A stretch of DNA of 64,000 bases. Origin: Amphiscolops sp. MND2022 (taxonomy: Eukaryota). Positions 25,837 to 36,399 of the stretch are shown piece after piece; the stretch's first letter is position 1, and each line of letters begins with the position of its first letter. The notes beneath the pieces are model-generated. The model searched no databases and was not told the origin of the DNA. It worked only from the letters and a program-made list of their open reading frames with translations. The stretch spans positions 33,358,001 through 33,422,000 of the forward strand of contig OZ076409.1 in the NCBI GenBank assembly GCA_964187785.1, given 5' to 3'. The position numbers were made by a program, and so were the translations under genes.

Positions 25837-26832
25837 GTCCTGGAAAATGCAGCTATGCCTGTAACACCCGATCAATCCGGCGAGCATCCCGCAGAGCTAA
25901 CGCCGAATGCAGCGTTAGTGGACCCAATCGGAGGGCTCACGATCGACACCGACACAGAAACAATAGTACCGTCTCCCACTAGCGAGTGAAGCCTCTCTAC
26001 CGACGAAAGTTTCACCCCGTAGCCGCCACAAATTGGCTATACAATGAAACAACTGCCAATAAAACCGGTGAGCTCGAGGGCTCACCAGCTACGTACGGAG
26101 CGTGAGGGCTCATAGCCCACAAAGCTGCCAAAACTTGGCCTAACTGTTGTTACTTTTCCTTGATGCTACCTTAAATTGGTGCAACTTTAGTTTGTTGTTA
26201 TCTCGTTAGTCTTCTTTGATAGTGTGCCGTGGTTGTATGGCATCAGAGTGCGCCTGCCCCATGTGCTAGTGCTGAATTGAACCACGAATCAAAAAAGCAA
26301 CCGAGAAAATACAATTTTCTTCGTATCTAACACCTCGAGCGGTGTCACCAGATGAAGTTCCAGGGCCAAAGGCGAAAAGTGACCTGAAAAGATCTTTTAT
26401 GCTGAATTGCTTTCCTTTTGTTGAGTCATGTGCATTCTATCTACTGTATTCCCTGTAGCGGACCTCGCACGCTCCCAGCAAAGGAAGTTTTAAACAAAAA
26501 ACTGAAAAAACGGAATCCAAAAAAAATTGAGAAAAAGAATTTTTAGCTGGCATTTGCTGTGAAAAATGGTTTAACCTCAAAGGGTGCTTTAAAATGGCAA
26601 AACGCCGCCTAAAAATTTCTAGTTATCGAGCTGGTGCTGAAACCGTCATGATTTGTTTGTAAAAATACGAAGTTTTGAGGTAGTATTTGATAGGATCCCA
26701 GACGGCGCTATCCCTACAACATCTGTTTGACAAGAATTCGTCCTAGTTTCAAGACGTATCCACAGCATGGGCGGCACCCTGTTCCTGGACGAGGTCCTGC
26801 AATGCTTGCCGGGGACGACAAGCCAGAAGCCT

Positions 26833-26841
26833 GGGGAGTGA
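26833..26841 (+). promoter_or_regulatory. E1 polypurine tract
   Basis: GGGGAGTGA abutting the LTR TG; identical in E2. Confidence 0.8.
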
Positions 26842-27560
26842 TGTAACGTCACCCTGTAATCAACGAAATTTTGGATTTTTTTTTGAAAATTTCGTTCAAA
26901 ACTGACGTAGCACTTGAACATGGTTTTGGCAAAGTACCTGTCAGCAGAAATCACACAGAGACAGTAAGAGAAGTGCCCCTGTGAAGAGAGAGCGAAAAAG
27001 ATTGCGTGTCCATGCACGAACTGGTCAAAAAAGACAGCAGAAGTGCCTATATGCTTGGTGTTTGCCAGCTGAATCACGGTTTTGCGGAAGTGATCCAGAA
27101 AGCAACATGACGGCCTAATTGCAGTACCCGTGCCCGGGGGTTGTGCCCAGCTCGAGCGCTGGGGCCATGCCGACTGGAAGCCCACCCACTCCGCCAAACT
27201 GGACTTTATTGTAGTAATTGACGTATTTGCTTGATGAATTATTAGCTCGAGGACTACTCTTACAATGTGCTTTTACGCAGATTCCCACCGGTGAAATTCA
27301 GTTCAACAAAACCTTGTTGTTTTTATGAGCTATCTACGCGGTGGTTGTGAGAAGAAAGCACAATTCCTGTGATTTTTAGCAGTTACAGACTGTTTTCAGG
27401 CGGAAGAGCATCTTTTAAGACGGTCCCCTCTCCTTGGGACCGGCTATCCTCAGGAGAACAAAGTGAGCTGATATCATGATGGTTTGTCCCGGACCATATC
27501 CATGGTACCAGTTCCTCCACTCCAATGTTACGATACAATCGCTTAGCGCTTGCCGTTACA
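26842..27560 (+). repeat. E1 3' LTR (719 bp)
   Basis: TGTAACG...CGTTACA termini; homologous over its length to the solo LTR at 58817-59530. Confidence 0.9.
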
Positions 27561-27827
27561 GGTGCATGAAAAACGCCCCCGTTTTTTCCTACTCAAATTC
27601 AATATGTCCGCGCCCTAAATTGAACTTCCATTTTTTCAAATATCAAAATTATTCAAGGACTGGTAAGGAATGCACCAGAACTGTTAAGAACTTGCGAATT
27701 TTTCGAAAACTGAGGAAATCTTTGGCAATCCTTGGAACCCTCGAGTTATCCTATCAAGGACTTGGAATCCTTGAGGTGTCCTGGCAAAGTCCACTGGAGT
27801 ATCAGTACGGGCACGCTGAAATGCGTA

Positions 27828-28173
27828 CAGTAGCGTTCTAAAATATCGCAATTCCATTACTCAAAGTGACAAATTTTAAAACCAAGTATCTCGTGAATTT
27901 TCACAGATACAAAAAATTGTTCGCTACAAAAGTTTCTTAAAATTTTATCAAGTTTACAAAAATGTTTGTTCGGAATTTCTACGACCCATATTGATAAAGT
28001 TGGAAAATGCAATTTGAAGTTTGAGTTTTTTTACAAAAATTGAGTTGTTTAGAATAAAAATTTTTGGAAAATCTCCTGAACCTACTGAATTGTTTTGATC
28101 GAAAATTTGTTTCGAATCAGAGAAAATGCACTATATGTAAGCAATGAGGTTGCGATAGTTTAGAACGCTACTG
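27828..28173. mobile_element. MITE with TA TSD
   Basis: TIR CAGTAGCGTTCTAAAATATCGCAA / TTGCGATAGTTTAGAACGCTACTG flanked by TA. Confidence 0.85.
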
Positions 28174-28466
28174 TATTCTGAGTGATAAGGAAATGCAAAG
28201 ATTCACTTACATTGTCTGGTAGATCTTCACGCACGTCTCTCCACACATTGGGTTCGCTCTGATATACCATCCAGGTCCAATTTCATGGATCTACTCAGCA
28301 TTTCAACTAAACTTGCAATCTTTACTACATGTTCATCTTGCCAGGAACTCTCGATTCAGAAAGAAAACAAAAAAAATAAATCGCTTGTGACCAGATTGAC
28401 ATAAAAACTTTCAAATATGGCGCGATTTTCACAATTTTTCGAAGTATATTATATTAGTAGTTATCA

Positions 28467-29290
28467 ACAAGATGGGAACGTCTAAAGTCAGTGCTATACC
28501 TAAGGCTCAAAAAGCGCAGTTTTTAAAATATGCCCAGATGTTTTCATGAAAAACTCGCTTCAAAACTTCGTATATAGCGTGCTGGGTCAAATGGGAGCGG
28601 TTTTTTGAGCCTCCGCCTCCTCCTTAGTAAAACGCTATATCGTTCGGATATAAAATCAAATATTCGGATATAGCGCAATATCGTCGAACCTCCACCTCCA
28701 AACTTCGGATATTATTGGAAGAAAATATTGGTGGATATCTATTGAGAAAACTCAATATCAGACAAAAATGAGAATTTTGAATTGTCTCATAATGCCTAAA
28801 AATGTAAAAGACCTTTGAGATTTTTTAGCATCCGTTCTGTTGCAAAATATCAGAAATTTGAAGGCGAGACCATTTGGAGATATTGAAAACTTTCAAAAAA
28901 ATGAGAATTTTGAAGTCTCATAGTGCCGAAAATGTGAAAGGGATAACCTTTGGGATTTTCAACATTCATTCTGTTGCAGAATATCAAAAAAAAATGACGG
29001 GGGCCATTAGGAAACATTTAAAAATATTAGAAAAAAGTCTCACAGTGCCAAAAAAATTGAAATGGGCGATCTTTTAGTCTCATTCGATTTTGTATGTTAC
29101 ATTAAAAAAGGAAAACATGAAAGGACCCTTTGCACTAACTTAGATGCGTTTCCGCTGGCCGGACTTGGCCGGTGTAGTAGTTTAGTAGTTTTAGTAGTTT
29201 CTGTAAAAAGTGGACCTTTCAGTGTGAGGTGGAGAAAAAAAGTCACTGCAAAAATCGGGTATTTTTTTGCTTCAGAAAAAGCGCCGAATA
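28467..29290 (-). mobile_element. HINE-like element copy
   Basis: ACAAGATGGGAACGTCTAAAGTC..AAGGCTCAAAA at one end, AAGCGCCGAATA at the other; internal GTCTCA(C/T)A(G/A)TGCC..CCTTTG tandem units. Confidence 0.65.
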
Positions 29291-30207
29291 AAAATAAAGA
29301 AGATATCAAAAACTTGGCGAAATTCAAGGAACCTATTTAATAGAACTCGATCTAAAATGATCAATTGGAAGCCAGCCCAAAGTATGGAAAAATTTAGTTA
29401 ACGATAATGGCGCTTTTAGACATTTCATCCACAATGCCAGCATTCGCGAGGATTATCAACAATTTTCGTATCCGTCTCAGCCATGCATAGTCATCCGGGA
29501 TGACCTTCATTTACTTTCCGTGCAATGGATAGTCAAATATGATCACAATCCATGATTTACCCACGCTAATCTATGACAAAAAGTTTCGTATTTTGTTGAG
29601 CATTGAAAATTTCAGTAAGTATCTGGAAATTTATGGATTCCAGCAAAATCCAATTAGGATTTTTTGGCACACACATCAGTTGTGTTCGGCTCAATTGGCC
29701 TCGTAGAGATGGGAATCTTTCTTTCAAGATTTTTTGTGGACATGTGTACTGAGATACAATTTTATCAGATCCACCAATTATGATTGACTTCACTGCACTA
29801 TTACATACAGGCGACATTTACATTACAGCTTTCCTCCCAGAAATGAAATAGGTAGGAAATAACAAAAAAAAACATTCGGCAAAGTATTTCACAATATTTG
29901 CATTAGCGTCGTTAATTTCATTGAACTTCCGAAAACAAGCCACTTTCAACCAATAAAGAATTCAAGCAGTTTCAAGAAGGGCATGTATTTCAATTCGTTT
30001 TTATAATTCAATTATTTGCTTGAATGATACTTTTGAATTTTAGACAATGTTGTTCTCATATGGAACCATTCGGTTTTGATATTGTTCACTTTGAATGCAT
30101 GCCACCCACGTTATTTTAATTGAATTGTTGTCAAAAATAGAAACGTTTTTTGTTACAAAAACGACCAAAGTTGATTATGTACGCAAACAATCCATATATG
30201 CAAATAA

Positions 30208-30307
30208 AATGAAAAACGTGAGTAGAAAATGTTTCGAACTCGAAAGAACTAAAAGTATACTTTTAGTTCCTTAGAGTTCAAAATACTTTCTACTCACGTT
30301 TTCATTT
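30208..30307. repeat. ~100-bp imperfect palindrome
   Basis: Centred on GAACTAAAAGTATACTTTTAGTTC; outer arms AAAACGTGAGTAGAAA / TTTCTACTCACGTTTT. Confidence 0.85.
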
Positions 30308-30619
30308 CCCAAGAGCTCTTTTACTTAGGCTGAAGGAAATTCTTCTCTGCCTCATAATAATGTAGAGCAGGCTCGGTTAGTTGCAGAAATGACGCACGTG
30401 GATGCATCATCATTTAAGAAACCGGATATGCCATGATTTGATTAACTTAAATTTCAAAGTGGTTTTGAAAAAAATGTTTCTGAGTGGATAAATTCCGGTA
30501 GGTTTTAGCCGTGACGTATATTTGAAAGAACAGTCCTACAGCATCAAAAGTTGAAATTTCTGAACTATGATGTCTGACATTTTTTTTCAGATTGGAAGCT
30601 TATTTAAAATAATTGGCTA

Positions 30620-31105
30620 ACAAGCCGGGAACGGCATAAGCAGGCGCCCCGCTTAAGACTCAAAAAGAGCTTAAGTACTTCAAAGCGTCAAGGATTCTCT
30701 TTTGAATAAATTCTCAATTTCACAGTACACAAAAATCCCAAAGGGGAACCCTTTTGGGCCTAAAAGGGTTTTTTTGCTTTTGTTCCAACAAGAAAAATCA
30801 TACATTTTGAAAAAAGATGAAAATTCAGATTTAGAGTGCTTTTTTCAACTTTGGAAAATACGGAACTTCGAAATTGATAAGATTCGAAACTTCGTTCCTC
30901 TTTAGAGTAAAACGCAATTTTCTTCGGATATAACGTCAGAAATTCGCAAATAGTTTGCTTGGCTAAACGGTACATTTCAGGATTTTAAGATTTTGCAGAA
31001 TTATTTTTGTGAGTTCGTGTGGATTGAAAAAAATAGAATTGAAAAAAAAACGGCGAAAAGCCACTATAATAGTCGCGCTTGTGGTTTTCAATGAAGCGCC
31101 GACTA
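30620..31105 (-). mobile_element. HINE-like element copy
   Basis: ACAAGCCGGGAACGGC..GGCGCC and TAGTCGCG..AAGCGCCGACTA ends, as at 61227-61836. Confidence 0.7.
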
Positions 31106-31536
31106 ATGACCACTTGCAAGACCAGAAATAAAACTCTGTTTTGATTGAAAATTGGGGCCAAATTCTAAATTAATTTCGTTGGCGGTAATGATAGACAAAG
31201 ATACTCAGCCACATGAAATTTCAGCTAATTCTTGCATTTCCACTACTCATCAATTTTAGTTTGATTTGATAAATGGAATTTCAAGCATAGTTATTAAGTT
31301 TTTTAAACACCTTCAACGTGTAGTTGTCGATAAACGTTCGTCCTATTGATCTATTGAAAATCTACTTCGTATGTGATAGTAGGCCACGGTAAATATTTTT
31401 TGTATTTATTTTTTTTATCTGAAATTATTTTGGTGTTCGTTTAAGTTTTGGTTGGTTAATTGGAATTACCTTCACTATTTGCATGTAAAACTGGGCGTTT
31501 TTACCGTAGATTTTTGGTTATAATACTTTAACATGG

Positions 31537-31625
31537 CCCTAGTCGAGACTGCTGGAACTTTTTACATGCAGTAAGCCTCCTACCGTAATCTTTTTATTAA
31601 AACCTCGAAAAATCAGTAAGCCTTC
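31537..31625. mobile_element. Left part of a CCCTAGT-type MITE split by E2; continues at 46152-~46470
   Basis: The two flanks of E2 align colinearly with the reverse complement of the intact copy at 56524-57026. Confidence 0.75.
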
Positions 31626-32356
31626 TGTAACGATCACCTATCAAGCCCGAAAATTCGAAAATTTTGAAAATTTTGTTCAAGGGACTAGATTCCCTCTGCT
31701 GAAAAGTAATATTCCGCTGGAGGATACCGTGTCTTTACTCAAGGACCTGTCAGCAGAATTAAAGAGGATTTGAACAAAAAAGTCCGGGTAGACCCCATCC
31801 GATCGAGACGATTGCAGAAAATCACGGCAGCTGTCAGAAAAAAGACTCAATTTCTGTCAACACGGACTGAACTTTGTTCTAACCGTCACTTTCATTAGCA
31901 AATCGCCACGAAATGCTGTGATTACCTAAAATGAGTCAATAGGCTAGACCAAGAATCCCCGGCTTGTGTCCCCGGCTAATTGCTACCTAATGGTGCTAAT
32001 TAAGCAGTAGATTATGTATTTGTAATTGTATTAACTCGTGAGCTACTTATTTCGAATTCCCCTGTGACTACGAAGAAACAGATTTTTTCCTTTTCCACCA
32101 CCTCTATTTTTAAAAGGCTGTCTAAGTGATGGTTCCGAAGAAAAAGCGTAATTCGCGCTGCTGACAGCAATTAAAGACTGGATCAGGCCGGCGAGCACTT
32201 CACAAGAAGCGGAATCCTCCTCTGACGGGAAAGTTTTTACCCGAAAGAGGCAAAATGAACTCATGGTCATGGGCACCTGTCCCGGGCAAATACCCATATC
32301 ATGTGTTCCTCTAACTCTTATGGTTACGGCGACAAGGGTGAGAGCTTGTCGTTACA
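31626..32356 (+). repeat. E2 5' LTR (731 bp)
   Basis: TGTAACGA...TCGTTACA; direct repeat of 45439-46151. Confidence 0.97.
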
Positions 32357-32372
32357 TAGAGAAATCATTTTT

Positions 32373-32391
32373 TGGCGACCACAGAGGGATC
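32373..32391 (+). promoter_or_regulatory. Primer-binding site, tRNA-Arg-like
   Basis: TGGCGACCACAGAGGGATC is complementary to a tRNA 3' end (..CCCUCUGUGGUCG-CCA) resembling animal tRNA-Arg(UCG). Confidence 0.7.
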
Positions 32392-34899
32392 GCTTCGAAG
32401 TGCTTCCCTTAATGGTTTTAAAAGAGCCGACCCACTGGTGATTGACACCAAGTACAACCCGACTCTGACGAAAAGGAGCAAGAAGCAGAGTTTTTCTACG
32501 TTTTTACCCTGTGTGTGTATCATTAAAGGCTTTGCGCCTGGTGGTTAAAGGTAAATTTTGCAAAAAAAAAGCAGTGTCTTGTGATTTTGAAGCTTTTTTA
32601 GTAGTCAACAGGTAATATTCGAAATAACCAACCCTCTTAACGGGTCACTTATTGAAGTTGGTCTAGCAAGCCATTGAAAGGCCGCTAGAGGTGTTAACAG
32701 GTGTTTTCTAGCCTTTTTCAGCCTTTTATGACCAACGAGTGTTGGAAAAAGGTTGATCCTTGCTCAGATGTATCTTACAATTCGCCAGAATGAAGCTATG
32801 CGACTCACCGGTCCCATTTCTCGTACAGGCAACCTGGAGGAATGAAATTTGGTGGAGACGTACTACAAACGCTGACGTGTTTGATGATGTAATCCGTTTG
32901 TTTCTAGCTGTTCTGGGTGATGAGCAAAAAGAGCGAAAAGATGTGACTCGTCAATACGGGTTGTATGAAATTTTTGAGTCAGGTTGAAATTTTTTTTGGT
33001 TGCTCCAAATTTTGTGTGCGATCATTTGCCAAGGTTTTTACGAGTCTTCTGTAATTAGGTGTGTGCTTTTGCACCTGTTTTGTGCGAAAAAAGTGCGTTT
33101 TTTCATGTATTTTCAACGAAAAGTGCCCAATTTGGCCATTTTGAGGCGAAACACCTACATGAGCGTGAGCGCTCTTGGTGCTAGCCACACGCCTGCAGAA
33201 ATTAAAAAAACAGTAGCTCAGAGCTCTTACGAGTTCCCAAAAAACACGTTGAACTGCTCAAAGTTGCTTATCGGGGCACTTAGTGTAAGTTTTGTGAGAA
33301 AAAACCCCGTTTTTGAAAAAATTGAGCACTATTGGCACACTGAATCCGTGGGGAAATAAACATAAAAGTTTTCAAACGCCCCCGGATGGCTGCAATCAAG
33401 TTGGGGTACACTTGCCGGTACCCTACGCTGTCCATTTTGGTGATTATTGTCACTACTTTTTGAAAAAAGTCACAAAAATTGCGATTTTAAGGTTTTTCCA
33501 TAGCGTCCCTAAAGGAAACCTGAATTAACTTTTGACGAACTCTTTTACGCTTAGAATAGCCCCCGGGTTTTTATTTCCAGTTTATTAGTAAAATTTCACG
33601 GTCTACAGAGAAGACCGCATGCCAAAATCCCTTTTCAGTCCTGAAAAAAGTTGAAAAACGCACTGAAAAACCCCATTTTACCCATAATCCGGACTGTCTC
33701 TGGGCTGGAGTTGAGTCATCGATTCCTGAACCCTAGCCAAAAGGTGGTTGCATTTTCATAACCACCACTAAAAACAACGCTAGTGCCGCAAATTTGGTGG
33801 GCGTATCGTTCACCAAAGTCGAGAAAAATTCTCTGACGTTTTAACTTCAGAAGGCTACAAAATCCGAAAAAATCCAAACTTGCCGGACTCTCGGTGCCTC
33901 ATATTTAACGGGCAAAACCAATTAGAGGCGTATCCCAGTGCTACAAATAGTGAGACAACACGTTGGTCCCATTTTTTCCGCCGTACCACTTTCTGAGGTA
34001 ATCCTCTTAGTCGATTTGTGAGAAAAGTTGTCTAAAAAATTTTCTTTTCGTGAGTACTCTCCAAGTAAGGTCGAAACTTCAAATAAGCGTCCGCGCTTTA
34101 ATTTGATTGTTTCGCTGGCGTTGTACACGCTCACTGGCTTTGACTATCAAGTTTCGTGTCAATCTATACAGTATTTAGCGAGAAAACTGAAAAATCGTGC
34201 CACCTAAAAAGATGTGCAAAAAGTACAAATTTTCAAAGTTTTTCTGAGTGACCCAAGTACCTTTATTGAAAAGCGAAGTCAAATTGCTACCCAGTTTCAT
34301 AACCCACCCTAGGTATTGCATTGTTCTGCAAATTTGGAGCTCGCTAACTCTTTCCAGTGTGTCACAATCTTGAAATAAGCGTGAAAAATAGTGCATTTTG
34401 GTGATCAAGGGTACCGCACGTCTGAACCGATCCAAAATTTGAGATAAAATCCCTAACTCAAATCTAAATTCGCTATAGTGTAGTGCACCTACCACAAGGT
34501 TGGGTGGGCAATTTTCAAGCGTTTCTGACGAAGAGACGCTGCGTACGAAGCATCTTGGTGTTTTTTGAAGAAATCTGAAAAACCCAAATATCATCGAAAA
34601 CTCGACTGTGCGCAATCTAGCCGTCCCACAAACCCTAAACGCACGGTTTCCGGCCCCACACAACGGTATCAACGCGCTGTGTAAGTTTCACGTCGATAAA
34701 ACCGCTAGATCGATCTTTGACTTTTTCGAGAAGTACCAAATAATGAAAACTAGTAGTTTACGCAACCTTTGGAACGCTCTAATCCTTCAAGAAGGGGGAG
34801 GGAAGCCATGTCGCAACACGCTGAAATACCGAAAACGCCGGAGCCAACGTGAGGCAAATGTGAGTTTCAGTGCAATATCAGACTTGACCTCAGACCCCA

Positions 34900-36340
34900 G
34901 ATTGGAAGATTGGCCCACTGATGACAGTTTCGTAATGGAACCCGATTGTTCAGACCCTATGTCAGATAACGCATCGGAGAAATATCAGACCAAAGCGGTC
35001 GCCAGGACTACCGATGATATCGGGGGATCAGCCGACGAGACAGGAAGTCAGGCGCAATCTTCTAAATGGCTACAGGAGCTATCCAGTGCCGTCACGCCTT
35101 TTGGCGCAGATCACTTCGGAGCATGGCCCAACTCTAACAGAACAAATGGAGAGGAAGTGGAGATGAGCTGCCTGAATGCGACGGGGCAATTCAAGGCTCC
35201 AAGCACGGGAAGCGAAGGTACAGCACATACAGCAGAGGTAATCCAGCAAAGTTCCAATATTGGGGGCATGAACTATGCCAGGGCGCGCCTACAAGAAGCT
35301 ACCGCTCCCCGACCACCAGGGAAGGGCAAGCAAATACGGCCTCCAACCCTGCTAGCGCAGACAGGCACGACTGGACCCCATGGTGATTCGCGTTCATCAT
35401 CACCTTCGTCGAAAGCCGCTGTCAGATGCACAGATTGGTGTGAAGCAGGTTACTTCCCAACTGTCTTAACGTAAGGCAAGGTGCATGCCAAAACCCCAAA
35501 AATCGACAAAGCATGGGCCATCATCGACCACCTAGAGGGAGAAGCGAGAAACTACATAATTAACAAATCTGAACCTGAACGAGATGAACCCGACAAATTG
35601 TTCACCCTCCTGGCCAGCAGATTTGGAACGGGTGGAAATCGTATGCACGTCCGACAAACTTTCATCTCTCGCACCCAGCAGGAAAAAGAGGGCTGGATGC
35701 ATTTCTGGATGCGCTGGAGGGCTTGCGCACCCAAGGATTCCCAGATGAGCCCATCACTACACGTCGTTATGAAATCCTGCAACGCTTCATAGACGGTGTA
35801 AGCGATCCAACGCTGCGACAAGAACTGGCTGTAGTGTATGCTGCGGAAAGCTATCTGTCTGAACCGCCTACAGTGGAATCTTTGAGGTTCACCACGCGAC
35901 AACTCCAACGGCATCGGCTAACAATCTCGAAACCTTATGACCCTAGATATGCTATGAGATCAAGGCCTCATCCTTTCGTGCCAGGAAAGATGGTCCACCC
36001 GGCACCAGACCTACCACAGAATGTGTTGCCTCCAAACCAGGGACAGCGAGAGGCAAAACCTCAGATCGCCGCACCAGGCCCGGCATCAGTAAAGCAAGCT
36101 CCCCTGCCGCAACAACCAGCGAGAGTGGTCCTCCAAGGAGCATGTTTCAACTGCGGACTGCCCGGCCACTTTGCACGAGAATGCCCAAATAGAGATCAGG
36201 CAAGAAAACCAGTGGCACGTGCTGCACCTGACGATCGAGTGACTCTCTGTGTGAACAACGTGGCCTCTGCATGTTCTGGCCCTGTATTCTGTGTTAACTG
36301 GCATGACCGAACATTCAGCGTCGCAATGCCAGAACATTCT
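34900..36340 (+). pseudogene. gag: E2 gag with two zinc knuckles; start approximate
   Basis: KAWAIIDHLEGEARNYI..RYEILQRFIDGV; CFNCGLPGHFAREC (36143-36184); second knuckle CVN(C)GMTEHSASQC at ~36290-36328 with a 1-nt deletion. Confidence 0.88.
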
Positions 36341-36399
36341 AGTACACGAGGGTTTGGCATACAGCCTCTGGGCTGAATAGCCATCTGCTCCTCCTCAGA

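Larger units (their letters stand above)
9500..27560 (+). mobile_element. Giant Ty3/Gypsy LTR retrotransposon E1 (5' LTR and PBS missing; decayed)
   Basis: gag capsid and CCHC, PR, RT (YIDD), RNase H (LDTDAS), IN in Gypsy order; extra 3' ORF; PPT GGGGAGTGA then TGTAAC..GTTACA LTR; colinear with E2. Confidence 0.92.

Noticed and set aside
32043..32297. 84-aa antisense ORF repeated at 45841-46095
   Set aside because: Repeated only because it lies in the LTRs; no protein features
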